From Lepidodermella squamata (taxonomy: Eukaryota > Animalia > Gastrotricha), in assembly GCA_047495785.1 (NCBI GenBank), contig JBLDXI010000007.1, forward strand, positions 3,968,001 to 4,032,000: a stretch of DNA of 64,000 nucleotides, written 5' to 3'. Shown here one piece after another: positions 37,001 to 50,292 of the stretch (the stretch's first letter is position 1; every line of letters starts with the position of its first letter). The notes under the pieces are model-generated. The model was not told the origin of the DNA. It did no database searches and saw only the letters and a program-made list of their open reading frames with translations. Position numbers and translations under genes: made by a program.

Positions 37001-40000
37001 TTCATAAATTAAGTAATACTTCTTAAAAATCATGTATTGCTCCAATCCTTACGCAATTCGAAAGCTCAAAGGATGGAGAATTGTGTGCAAAAAACCCATA
37101 ACAGGTCTACAGTTACAAAAAAATGCCTTTAATAGCCATAATCAAGTAAAAATTCCGCAAATCTCTACAAAAACTTGACTAATTTAGAAGGAACTACAAA
37201 ACGTAAGAGATACATACCTGATAGAGGTACAACATGCGACCAATTGGAGCAGCGCAGATCGATCGCCCACACAGATTCAAATCGCGCGAGATTGAGTTCA
37301 ACGTCGACACTGAGCGTAAAGCCCAGCAGCAGCGTCGACGCATTCTCAGCTACAACCGCCACAGAAACATTTCGCAGCACCGGCGGCTGCCGCACCGGGC
37401 TCGACTCGGTGAACACAAACGACCCGCCAGCCGGCGAGTGGAGGTTCGCCCACGGCGCCGAGACAACGCGCGGCCACAACGGCATCGCCGCATCGACGCC
37501 CAGCTGCGTCGAATCGAACGAATACCGCACCGATAATCGATACGGCGAGTTCGGCCGAAGCCCGCCTAGTGTCAACAACTCTTCGATAGTGCGCTGCGAC
37601 TTCGCGGCCTCGACCGTCACGCAGTTACACTCGGACGGGTCCTGATTTCTTTGAAAATTCAAATCGCACAGCTCGTCGATATGCGGGCACAGCGAGGTCG
37701 ATAAATCTGACAGCAGTAGTTCGTAGGCGAGTGAGTACGCGTAGGACAGCCGGAAGTTGCTCTCGCCTAAATGGTGCAGTTTATCCACGTTTGGTATCAA
37801 AAATCGAACTGCGAGCGATTGCGTTGATAACGGTTCGGCTCTCAGGCCACGAATCGGGTCCAGATCTCCGGGTAGTGTTACGAAACTGAGCGCCCGAGCC
37901 TCCGATGAACCGGCTGGGTTGATGACGACAGCCCGGGCTACGTAGCGGGAAAACGGGGCCAGCCCATCGACTGAGACGTTCAACTCAGCCGCCGCTGGTA
38001 CTAGGAGTTTATCGGCGAAAACAGTCGGGCCATTGCCCGGTCTAGCGACTGACACGTTCAGTTGGTGAACAACCGCGTATTCGCCTAGAATCGGTTTCAC
38101 GCCGAACCTCAAGGTGGCGGCTGAACCGTAGGGTGACAGGTCGAGGAGTTCTGCTCGAGTTACGGCTGCGACGTGCCCGGGCGTGACTAGCGAGGTCGGT
38201 TTTGAGAAGGCGGTTTCGGATTTGAAGATTTCAGGGTGGCTCGAGTCGAGGCCGATTGCGCGGTATGTGGCGATGTACGAGCTGAATGGGCGCAGCAGAC
38301 CGGTAGGAACTTCCCAGCAACAGCAGTCACCGGCTACTGGCCACTAATAAAAAGAAAACAACATTTAAAAAATTGAATTATTTCACATATTTAACTCTGA
38401 AATTCAAGTTTTTGAGTATTCAAAAAATTGTTCTAGAACTTTTAAATTTCGAAATAATCGGAACCTATTAGATGCTCCTTAGGTATCGAAAACAACTCAT
38501 TTCTTCCGTTTTTTCCGAATACATAATACATATTCACTAGCTCACGAGCAGCATCATGATTGTAATGATCCCATGAACCAATAAAATAAGGAGATACCCG
38601 CGATGGTAGGGTTATCAGTGCATTTTCTGATTACACGCAGTATTTTATGGCTGCACGCTGTTTATTAAAAGCTGGCCTTTACACAACAACTGGCCGCTGT
38701 AAACACTTTTATGACCCCGTTACGGTGGAAAACAGCACCCAGTACGCATGGAACTTACAAACGAGCTATCTGCACAACATCTAGATAGAAAAGCGCAAGC
38801 TTTAAATCTTGAAAACGACAAAACTCGAATTTCAAATCAAACACCCAATTTATCCAAATTTTCTTCCGTAAGGATTCATGGAAAAACGATTAAAGTAAAC
38901 CTCCGCTTTTGAATGTTAGCAGCTATTAGGCTTAAAACGCGCATTCAAATTAGATTATCAAATAAAAAATGCCTGACAATGCCACGGTTCAGAATAATAT
39001 ATGTAATTAAAAATTACCCGGAAAAAAATATAGTTGAATCGGCCAGCATTAGTCACGTATAATTAATGAAAATACCTAGCCACCGTTTTTCACGAATTAT
39101 GTCTACTTTTCATGCAATTATTTGACAAAAAATGCCACATTCAAATATAGAAAGTATTCTCATGAAAACTGTAGAAATTTATTCAGAGGAGCAAAATTTG
39201 GCAACAGAGGAAAAATGTTTCAAAATCGTAGGAACCAGACTTGACACAGGCTCAATTACAGCCATTGCATAATTTATTACGCAGCTATTAATTTGTCGTG
39301 GTTTTTCTAAACAATATAGCTGAACCGCAAAATCTAGAACTATTTATTTTTTTTCAATATATTTTCGAAAATTCGGTCCCGCAAAAATTATTACCCTAGC
39401 ATAACCTGATGCCTTGTATTTGAATTTTTATTCAACAAACCTGAAAATCTCTGAGAGCAGCGTAGTGTTTCCTCTGCAAGTGATCAGCAGTAGCTGCCAT
39501 GCGGCCAGAATGAGCAATTGGCGCGCTGTCCGACTGTCTCAGTATTTTCACCTCGTACTCGACAACCGGGTCGTAGAAGTCGGCAGCGAGCGCCGGCTGC
39601 GCCGAGTCCCAGCACACGCGAACGGAAAAGTTGCCGTTCTCACGCGTGATAGCCGGCACGAGGGGCGGCTGCAGCGCATCGGGCGGCAACGGCTCGCGGA
39701 CCTTCAATGTGGTCGACGAGGCGTAACGCATGCCATCGACCCACGTCCAGCAGTCGTAGATGCCCGAATCCGAGACGTCGAGAGCGCGAGCTGTCAGCCG
39801 CAACGCCATCGCCTGGCCCGCATCAAGCAGCCATTTCAGCGAGTCCGGCCGCCGGCTCGTCGAACACACCGCTTTCGGCACCAACGCAATTTCCGTCGAA
39901 TTGAGCGCGGAACTCGCGTTCGCCGCCGAGCTGTTCGCTAATTGAGCCTCGGCGAGAGGCGGCGCAGGTGGTACCGAGCACGTATACGATAGCTCCTTCT

Positions 40001-40196
40001 CATTATCTGTGCCGACTGTCCATCGAACTGTCAAATTTGAGTAGTCGGCCTTGAATAGGGACGAAAACGAACAGCAGGGCAGCGTTTGATTCAACGCCTG
40101 GCCCTTCCTAACAGCAACAGTCTTGTGCGGGCAGTAGCATTTCGTTAACACGGGAAGGAGTAATAAAACGGCGATAACACCGTTCAATCTGCCCAT
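31054..40196 (-). CDS. Receptor-type protein tyrosine phosphatase (signal peptide, Ig, FN3 repeats, TM, PTP D1, degenerate D2-like tail)
   Basis: Ig motif DSGIYDC, FN3 motifs (L.PFS.Y, LRPNSPY), TM at about 36130-36200, KNRY, YVNAN, QGPL, WPDHG, HCSAGIGRSG and LVQT..Q. Exons about 40196-39441, 38344-37218, 36490-36074, 35650-35313, 33094-32162, 31529-31054. Confidence 0.9.
33430..33905 (+). mobile_element. Decayed RTE-like reverse transcriptase fragments in a phosphatase-gene intron
   Basis: The motif FVYLTKAFDTV(R/S)R occurs twice (about 33534 and 33714, an internal duplication), and VQRGVRQGCALGPTLF is at about 33855. Confidence 0.7.
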
Positions 40197-40374
40197 CACT
40201 TCAACATTACTCAATTCATAAATCTCCTCCTATGAAAAAAACACAAATAATTTAACAAAAATAGGAAATTAATTGATCATTTAAGCACAGTGGAAAGACG
40301 TCAATGACGACTGAGTGTGTAATTTTAAGTAAACAGCTGACTTCAAACGACGATAAAATATAACAACCGATCAT

Positions 40375-41621
40375 TCACGGGAAGTAAAACGACAGCAGCG
40401 AGAGCCATGACATTTTCGGCAGTTTTCCGGCTTGTGCGATCAGATCGGCCGGAGGCTCGCCGAGATCGACTGAGATATTCGTGTAAAGCGGGTGGTTTTC
40501 GACGTTCAACACTCGGTAGCGAATGTCGCGATCGAGAGAATTAACGCCTTCTTGCTTGTAACGAGCCTGCCACGCGAGGAACAGGTCGAAGGATAACGCG
40601 TTTTCTCGCCAGCTTTTCACGTGCCGAAGCATTTTAAATCGGCCGATGTGGTAGGGAGGCCGTGAGATTTTCAGACCGACATCAAGAGCTCTTGATGTGA
40701 AATCATCGTCCTCCTGACCCCAGCCCCAATACAAGTTCGAGAAGCCGTTGATCAACTTGAAATTCTCTGCGGTAGTCGATACCACAGTCGAAGCTTGATT
40801 GTAATACATAGGGCTGCGTAAAATAGGAATGTAATCTATCAGTCCGAAGAAAATTAATTCGCTTACTGATATCTCATTTCGTCGATAGCTGATGCGAGAT
40901 GTCGGATCGATCTCTCGTCGCAGAAGTAAATGTTTAGCTCATTCTCAGGTAGGACATCAACATCGTGGAATATTAGGCAATCGTAGTCCATTTTCTCTCG
41001 AGCCGGCGCTCCTTTCAAGTCGGCCCCAGTTGCGAATTTCGCACCGATATTCAACAGGATACCACGGCTGAAAGGCTTGTTGTCATGCTGAAAGATTATC
41101 GACCATAAGAAAAAAATTGACCGGGGAATAAGTTGCAAACCTGCTCAATTACGAAAATGCGATATGTCGTGTTTTGTTTTTCCAAAAATGGATGCATATG
41201 AGCGAGAAACCGAATCAAATGCTCTGCTCTGTCTCGATAAGGCACTAATATTGCTATCTTTTGCCTTGAATGACAACCAGGGGGTGAAAAGGAACCTCCA
41301 GCTTTGACGCCGGACATTTGAAGCTGTGGCTCCAGGCTGCTCAAATTGAAAAGAACATTGACATCAATGTCTAACGTCTCTGCGAAAACAGAAGCCGCAA
41401 CTGTTAGCTTGAGTGATTTGGTCATCGCATATTAACTTACTTGCGTTGGAATAGTTTCGGGTACAAACATTGGACACTGTCACGAGCAATTCACTTCGTT
41501 TCCAGAACGAGTAGTCGGATGGCATAGAAAAATATGAATGAGAGCTGTAGTTGAATAGCGCCAGTGAGCAAATCAGCACAAAGAAAAATATGAGCACTCG
41601 TTTGATTACTCGGAGGGACAT
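40375..41621 (-). CDS. Beta-1,4-galactosyltransferase family (GT7) type II membrane protein, four exons
   Basis: N-terminal TM, AILVPYRDR, FVIEQ, FSRGILLN, FHDVD, INGFSN.YWGWGQEDDD and KMLRH. Confidence 0.9.
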
Positions 41622-42387
41622 AGTAATTTTTCGATATTTAGAGCATCACAGATAGTATCAAAACACTAAATGAATATATTAAATATTAAATGGTACACCT
41701 TGCTGTTTGCTGTGAATTGTATAATAAAAAACAGGCAAGACCACGCTAGATGCTAAACATTTAATCCACACTTTAAAAAATATGGTTCCTTAAGCATCCT
41801 GTAGCGCTGCAGGAAGTGAAAATATAAGACTGCCCGCTCAAGAAAACGCGCAAGGAGAGAGAACATAAAACTGGTTTGCGTGACAGACTGAAGACCTGCA
41901 AACTTGCAAGGCATCCGCTCAAGCTACTTTGCATTTCGCATCTAGCACAACAGTTGTACGTTCAGCCAAGAGCCAGTGAGTCAAGTGGAAAAGGGCAAAG
42001 CAGGTTCCCCAAATCCGTTCCGCCTGATGGCAAATCTGAGAAACCAACCGGCGCGCCAGTTTTTGTTAGATTTATTTTTTTCAACGTAAATATGTCAAAA
42101 TATCGAGTATGCTTTCAATATAAAATATTATTAAAAATGAACCTTTTAAAGAAACTTGGTGATTTGAGAGTCCTTGGTAACGTTTCGTTCGGCCACATGT
42201 GCCCTTTTGATCAGCTTCCCTTCATACAGATTAAATTCCGTTTTTAACTTGGACAACATGCCACTATTGCGTAATGAAGTCTTTTATTGTTAGCAGGAGC
42301 TGCACACATATATTCTAAAATAGCTTTCAGCCTCTATTGACCCTTTTTATCCGCATCTTTAGGCATTTAAATTGAAGGAATAGAACA

Positions 42388-45300
42388 ATGGTTGTCGGTG
42401 GGGCCACTGTTGTTGAACCGAATGAGGTTGACAACATTGAGGATGACTTGCGAACACTATGCATGACCAAAGGTCGCCGTATTCATGAATTCTTCCTGGA
42501 TTTCGATAAAATGCGATCCGGATTTGTCACCCGTATGTTGACTTTCCTACAAAACATAACACTTTAACTGCCAAAAATAGACTGCGAGGTCCGATATTTG
42601 GGTCTAATTCCTGGGTCTGTCAAAAAGTCATTTTTTTCGAGTCAACGATGCGTCGAGGGGCAAAATGCCTGATGGCAAAGTGTAGGCCATGACCTGGCGG
42701 TTCTTTTGACACCGAATTTGGGGCCAAAGACTTCAAGGAACGCACAGAAATCAAACTTGAAAAACAGTGAAATTTTGATTGTTGCGCCATAATCTGGGTC
42801 TAATAATTAGGTCCAATTCTTGGGTCTGATTTTTGGCTCTAATCCAAAACTTTCGACGTTATTTCACTGTCATTTCCAATGACCTGCTCAGACCTTGTTG
42901 CCCCGAATTCGGTGTCAAAAGAACCGCCAGGTCATGGCCTACACTTTGCCGTCAGGCATTTTGCCCCTCGACGCATCGTTTACACGAATAATGACTTTTT
43001 GACAGACCGAGGAATTAGACTCAAATATCGGACCTCGCAGTCTATTTTTGGCATTTAAAGTGTTAATGAATCTCTTTACTTCTGTTTAACAGGCAGTCAG
43101 TTTTTCCGGGTTCTATACGAAAATCTCCAGCGAACCTTTACCGAAGGTGAAGAGAGCCTGATATACAACCGATATCGCAATCCCAAGGATAGTCGCTTGA
43201 TGAACTGGATGAGATTCTGCAAGTCCATCGACAGAAAGTTCAACGAGCATGATTACAGCGGAGACCCTCGCACTAAAACTGTCGATCCTAAGGAGTACTT
43301 GGGTACCACTCGAACTCTTCGACCAATGAGCCCTATGTCAGAAGCTGTCCTTGAGGTCATTCTTCAGCGAGTTGTGAAATATTGTCAAATTCATGGAATG
43401 AATGTTCGCGACATCTACAAGGACTTCGATCCTCACAACATTGGTCGAATCAGCCAAACTCACTTTTTCCGCAATTTCCCTGGCCCGAAGGAGATTTCCG
43501 AGGAGGAGCTTAATTTGCTTCTGCGAAAATACTCAGATCCAGACCACACTGGTCAAATGGTATACTTGAACATGCATTACGACGTGTTAGCACTCGCTCG
43601 TCGCAACGAGGAGGATTCATTGTCGCAAGGCGCGAATAAGCAAAATGCACCACTAAATTTTCCAGAGGGCCCTCAACCCTGCCGATCAATTGATTTGATC
43701 TTAGATCGGTGCAAGGTCGCAGCCTACAAATTCGGCATTCGCAGCACCGAGTTTTTCCGAGATTTCGACAAACTTCGCAGCGGATATGTAACCGAGAGCC
43801 AATTTAGCTCCGGAGTCTCCCTCGCTCTCGGCAAGCAAGCGCAGCTTAAGCCTGAAGAAATCCAGCAACTTGCCAACTTTTACCGGAACGATTCGAACGG
43901 AAAAATCAACTACAAAACGTTTTGCGATTTTGTTGAAAACGCTTTTGGTGTCGACGAGCTGGATAAGAAGGTCAATGCCCAGCCTGAAAGACCGCCACGT
44001 GGCGCATTAGGTCGATCTCTGGTTGACTTACCGCCCAATGAAGAAGCAGGCGTTCGCGAGGTTTTGTCACGAGTCGCTGATGAAGTTCGGCGAAAGCGCA
44101 TCTTACTCTATCCATACTTTAAAGATTTCGACAGATCGAAAGCTTTTACTGGAGTTATGACTCGTAATCAGTTCGCAAGAGTTCTGTCAATGATCGGAAT
44201 TGACGTGTCGCCCGAAGATGTTCAGCTGCTTGCCAACAAATTCGCCGACCCAATCTCAGGAGATGTCAACTATCCGGCTTTTATCCAAGTTGTTGAGCCG
44301 AATTTCACTCACACAACCGTTGAACGAGAGCCTTTCCGGCCGGATTGCAAAGACGCTGAGATTCGCCGCAGAACTACGGGCCCGGCTGATTTATCGCTGG
44401 GAGGATGCAACCCAGCGACTCATAAGGCAAGCGTAAAACCGGACGACCTTCTCGCCAGGATTCGTCACATCGTTCTAACTAAACGTCGCCGAGTCGCTGA
44501 TTTCTTCGCCGATTACGACCCGCTTCGTCACGGTCGAGTGACTATTTCACAGTTCCGTCGAGCGATCGACACAATCGGGCTGAGCCGACTCGGCGAGCAT
44601 GAGTTGAATGAAGATCAATTCTGCTTATTGCTTCAACTATACGGCGATCCTAACTCGTCAGATCACGTGATTTGGACGCAATTTGCCGCTGATGTTGATT
44701 CGGTTTTCACCACGCCGGGTCTAGATAAAACGCCATCAGCCGTTGTCCCGCCGGCTGAGACTTTCATCGTACCGACCCCGGGCACGGTTGACTGGCGTTT
44801 CGCCGACGAAAATCACCGCCGAATTTACTGCGATGTGATCGAGCGATTGCGTTTGCGTATCGAGCAGCGTAGAATCGACACGTTGCCGGCGTTTGAAGAC
44901 TACGACAAGTTGCGGCATGGCCACGTGACGCGGAATAACTTCCGCCAGGTTCTAGCCAAACTTGAACTGCCTGCGTCGATTCAAGAACTCGAGGCTATGG
45001 AGGCGAGGTGGTGTAACGACACTGGGTTTGACTATCGCGGCTTCTTGCGCGATGTCCAACCGCAACAGGAGACGCCGTTCATGTACGTGCAGCGGCTTGA
45101 GTCGCTGCGCCGCCTGCAAGCGAGTCGTGGCTTGCTGCCTGAAAAGAACGTGGCCACCGATCTGGAGGGTGTGCTTTTCAAGGTTAGAACTTTCAGCCCA
45201 ATAATATTGAAATATTCAAGAAAAATTCCAATCTTCTTTTAAATTTCTTTAACATTTTTTAAAAAAATGTCGTATTTTTTAATATTTTTATTTTCGAATT

Positions 45301-45954
45301 CTGCATTTAAAATAAATTTTTTCTCTCTTTAAGGTTCGCTCGAAAGTCATCCGCGAGCGCGTAATGATCGCCGATTTTCTGCGCGACTACGACAAGTTGA
45401 ACTCGGGCCGCGTGAAGGCCGCGAATTTCCGCCGCGCGCTCGACCTGTGCGGCTTCAGCCTCGCCGAGTCGGAACTCGCGATTGTCGAGGACCGCTTCCG
45501 CAGCCACGCCGACCCGAGCCTCATCGAATGGCTCGCGTTCAACAAGGCCGTCGAGGCCGTATTCACGCCTGAGCCGGCGCTCGACAAAAAACCCGCCGTT
45601 TCGCCCGAGCAAATGGCCGTCTCGCCTGAGTGGCGATTGAACGTACTCGGGCGTGAAGACGAGTCACGCGTGATTGACGTCCTGCAGCGACTGGCCGACG
45701 GCATTTACAAGCGCCGCCTGCAACTGTACCCGCCGTTTGAAGATTTCGATAGGACGCACAGCGGTCACGTGAGCAAGACGCAGTTCCGGCGTTGCTTGAC
45801 TGATTTGAAGCTGGGCGATTTGGTTGATGACCACGATTTCGGCGTGTTGTGCCAGAAGTTTGACACGCAGTTCGGCGGTCGCGACGACGTCAACTACATG
45901 GCCTTCTGCGATGTTGTCTACTCAATGGCTGGCATCCACCCGCGTTTGCCCTGA
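42388..45954 (+). CDS. Large multi-EF-hand protein (EFCAB6-like, probably ciliary). Exons 42388-42532, 43093-45183, 45334-45954
   Basis: About eight repeats of F.D(F/Y)D..R.G.(V/I)...QF.R paired with (V/I)NY..F. The splice sites are in frame. Confidence 0.8.
42560..43062. mobile_element. piggyBac-like MITE in intron 1 of the EF-hand gene
   Basis: About 170-bp imperfect TIRs with CACT...AGTG termini, flanked by ATAA and TTAA. Confidence 0.85.
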
Positions 45955-46377
45955 ACGTACCAATGCGGAACCCTCAAAAAATTAACCCATCAATTTTTAT
46001 TTTCTGTGATATAACACCTTTTAATTTTACGAATTAATCAAATAAATTAATGATATTAACGGCGTTTTAAGAACATATTATAACGTTATAGAATGAAAAA
46101 ATAAAATATCAATGAAATTTAATCGGTTATAATTTGTGATTAATTTATGAAGGTATTACCCAGGTGGAGCAGTGACTCTGTTAGTTTGGCATTTTTTCAA
46201 ACACTGGAATCCCTCACAGATACAGCAAGACGTTACAGCAAAATACCGAAAAATGACGATTTCGGTATTTTTCCGAATTACCTTGGTTTTCTACCGAAAA
46301 TAACTGAAAAACCGAATGTCGAGCCATGAAAGAATATTTTCAATTTATTGTTAGCTTCATAATAACATATTTTTTGA

Positions 46378-49300
46378 CTAATCAATGCAAGAATGCTCAT
46401 CGGTGCTGTTGACCAGAGGCACGAAAAGCGCGACGGGTATGAAAACGGCGAGGAAGGTGCAGAACATGAACGATACGTAGTCGAGTATCATCGCGAAATC
46501 GCACCAGTACATCATGTCTGGAACAAATACATGAAAATTACGGGAAATTCCCCGGAAAAGCTCACCCAGGGTGCTGGGTGCTCCGACTCAAGTCGGGAAC
46601 CCTTTGATCACCCTATAAAGAAGATCCTCGAGAACTTACTTGTGAAAGGTTTAGGAGAGCCTCGAGATTTTCGCCGACCCCTGCGTCGCTCGAAGGAGTA
46701 AAACGAAGACGGCTGCTCCCGATAGCCGGGTGCTCCTGGGTTGTCACAACATGATGAGCACGAGGAGGGCGATGGGGCCCTAGCAGCGTCCGCAAAGGCA
46801 GCTGGCGGTGGAGGTAAGGATGCATCATCTAACCCTATGCTGAACCCACTCGAGCCGCTCGAGGGAGGCCTCAAGGCTTCATTGTCATGCCAGCTGGGCT
46901 TCTCGGCCCATGACAACGGCATGATGTGCCGTTTTTGCCCATAGTTATCGTATAGTGACTTGGAGCTGTCTGACCTGCGAATAGGCTTGAAGTGACCAGG
47001 CGGCGTCATGACTGCCGATTCGCCACTTGACGGTGTATGAAAAACTAGAACACGAGGATCACGCACCTTTTTGAGCTTCTGCTCATCAGTTTTGTACGCA
47101 CCCTGCAAATCTCGCACCCTGTCACCCTGGGTGACTAGAGGGTCACCAAATTCGGGAGCTCCCTTGTTGCAATCACCACTTCTTCGTAAATTTATAATTT
47201 TTCGCGAAGTGGTGCCATTGGTCGGAGGGCCCTGGTCCGGAGCACCCTGGGTGCCGTCACCCATATTGGGCCCCCTGGTGATGAGTTCGCCAATATTGAG
47301 AAACCGCGGACGATCGTCGTAGAAATCGCTCATTTTGCGAACTTTGATCTTCCGATCACCCTGGGTGCAGTCACCCTGATCACCCTTTTCACCATCATCA
47401 CCCACTAAATTGAGCATAACCGTTGAAGCGTGACGGGCGATTGGTTTTTCCCGAGCTGGTGCAGCTCCGTTCAAATCAACCAGCATCATGACGTCATGCT
47501 TCGCGCTATTTGCGCAACTCCGAGTCGACCCAGTCCGGTGCAACCCTGTATTAGCTCGCCGCTGGGATTCAACTTTCGGTGACCTGAGCTTCACGAGGCG
47601 GTGTTGAGCTTGATCAGGGTATTTCCGCGTCGCATATTCGACGAAATGGCGAACCCACGGCGGCGGGGTGTGCTGCTCTTCGATTCGAAGGATGCACTCG
47701 ACTACGACAGATTCGAAGATGCCAAATGCCGAAAATATTATCAACGCAATAATGTATTGGGCTAAAATGAGAAAAAAAAACAATTTCGAATAATTTGTTG
47801 AGTCGCTTGGAAACATTGAGATTAATTAAAACCCGGAGAATTGTGACTAAAAATTCAAATTCGATATTATTAACATAAAATTCAAATTAAATTTCGAAAT
47901 TTTGAATTTTTTTCAAAATTCAAAATCAATTTATTATCAATTATTGGCAAAGTCTAATTAATTGTCAATTTTCGAGTATTTATTTAGAAAATAAAAATAC
48001 TTTTTCAAACTTACAAAGCGCCGTAACTGCGTCGCTAGTTTTCGGCAATTCTTCAGTAACAATAGTTTGAAAAACGACTAGGGTGAGTAAATTAGTTGTC
48101 CCAAAACCGATGCGACTACTCGCCGAGTCAATGCCAGGTATGAAGAAAATGAGCAGTTGAATGACGGACAGCATAGATATGGGGAATATCAGGTTAACGA
48201 GGTAGAAGGACGATTTACGGTGGATATTGAGCGTGAAAGAGATGCGTTGAAAGGTTCCGCCCATCGAATCCGAGTAAGTCACGTTTCGGATGGTTGTTTT
48301 GAAGAAGCATAACTTCCACTGGGTTGAGTAGTAGTTCGAATTTGAATCATCGACTAGCACATTGGAGGTTCGGTCGAAAACCAGCGATGAATTGTCCAAG
48401 GTCCAGGATTCGAAATCCAAGGAGCACTTAACGAAATACAGAGAATTAAGAAGGATTTCGGACTCATTATTGCAGGGAGAATCCGGATTAGAGGATTCTC
48501 CGGGTGCCTCCGTAGGATCACGCAGGGTGATTTGGGTGCCTAAGAAGGATCGCACAGGTTATCTCGAAAATCTGTTCCTAGAGAACAGTAGAGTAAGCCC
48601 AGTCACCCATTTGGGATCCTCCATTTGCGCTGGTAACCCGAACCTATTAAATCGGGTGCCAACTGATTCGGAGCGCCCTTACTCCTTAGATAAATGATCG
48701 GCAAATCACCTAAAAAACATATTTCAATAACACCAAGCACCCTTGGGTGATCACCCATCGCCCTTATAACCAGCCTTCACCCAGTACCCTTCACCCTTCA
48801 CCAATCACCCTTCGAAGATCTCTGGGAAACTCTCACCCTTTTTGGTCGCCATTATCAAAGGTGACCCATGCCCCCAAAATTTTACTCACCGTCTGCTGAT
48901 CGAATGGAAATGTTGTTAATTTGAGGTCTACAAGGAATAAATTTTAGCAGAATCTAAAAATGTAGCCGAAACTACTCACCACACCATGTCCTTGAGGTGC
49001 CACTTGGTACGAAAACCGACCGGCCATCATTTGAAACGCGAACAACAAAACGGGTGTCACGAGATATCGCATATACGTGGTCGGCTGAATCTTTTACGAA
49101 AATAATGAAAATTCGAAAACTGATTTATCAGGATTCTGAACTTACTTGTCATAGCGATATCCGGTAACCAAAGCCGTTCTGAATCGACAATTTATTTTCG
49201 CTGTCAGGAAAACTTTGGGAAAAAACTGACCTGGTTCGAAAGCAAGTGTTGTGATGTTGCCGTAGTCGAGAGGCGACCAGCGAAGCCGCGGATCGTGCCA

Positions 49301-50036
49301 AGCAATAAAAAGCGCGACGACGCACTCGAAAATGCCCTCGCGCTCCACCGTATTTTTAACCTGAGAAATATTTCAAAATTAGCAGGTAATTTAAAAAAAA
49401 TTCGAAACAATAATAAAATCAAGTCTAAAAATCTCAATTTGACGATAAAAAATTCAAATTTAGGTTGTAAATTTATTTGAATTATCCTAAATTATCTACC
49501 TTGATTAGCAGCACTTTCAAGTCTACTTCGACCGGTGTTGAAGGCGCCGCTTCTTTGTTATACTCCGCAAATAAATCCATCAACAAATCCCGCATGCCCT
49601 GCTGCCGGCGTCTCAGCTCAGATGGCGGTGTCTGAACCATCGAAGAAGCTGTAGCCGACGGCATAGGCGGAGTGGTAGTCACAGCCGTCACGCTCGACTG
49701 ATTCGCGCCCAATTTCTGGTATTCAACCGTCCGCTGAGCCGCCGCATTTGCCGGGACCATTTTCATGAGTAACAAATCGTCGGGTTTAGTCGAAGTTTTC
49801 ATAGTTGGCTTGGGGGTCGTAGCTGTAATCGGCGCCGCTTGAGTGGTTCCGGGTGTTGAATGCTGGTAACGAGGCACTTGTAGGTTGTCTTTTCGCGGCT
49901 TGCTCACCTGATGGCTGCTGGAGGCTGCGATGCTAGCGGCGGCTTGCTGGCGCCCACCGGCGTACCCTGAGACTAGAGTGATCAAGCCGAGGAGCGTGAC
50001 GATCGCAGTCACGGTTGATTGCTCGATCGACGTCAT
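46378..50036 (-). CDS. Cys-loop ligand-gated ion channel subunit 1 (nAChR-like, non-alpha), multi-exon
   Basis: Signal peptide, W.DPRL.W, LWLPDI, Cys loop CDLKLTTFPFDQQTC assembled across exons, RKSSFYLVNLIFP, M2 RIGFGTTNLL, LPKTSD, a long M3-M4 loop, and an M4 exon ending TAG at 46378. Confidence 0.88.
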
Positions 50037-50292
50037 AATTTAGCATTGGCCATTATGAAATTGAAATTAGGATAGATTTCGACTTTAAAATGGAAAAAAA
50101 TCAAAGATTAATTCCGCTCAAAGGAATCAAATTTTCCTAACAAAAAATTGAAAGAGTTCTGATGTAAAAAAATTAATTTCAGAGAAGCCTGAGCTGAGAA
50201 GCTTAGAAAAAGTTGGAACCGAACTGCGACTTGGAATAACTGAAACGAACATATTTACCATACTAGTTCTTGAAGGGCACTATTTTCTTTGC

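Noticed and set aside
42167-42180. X-box-like GAGTCCTTGGTAAC upstream of the EF-hand gene
   Set aside because: Two mismatches in the left half-site; too weak to call, although plausible.
46150-46330. ACCGAAAA/TTTTCGGT-rich segments (also 54960-55170) resembling MITE remnants
   Set aside because: No clear TIR pair or TSD could be defined.
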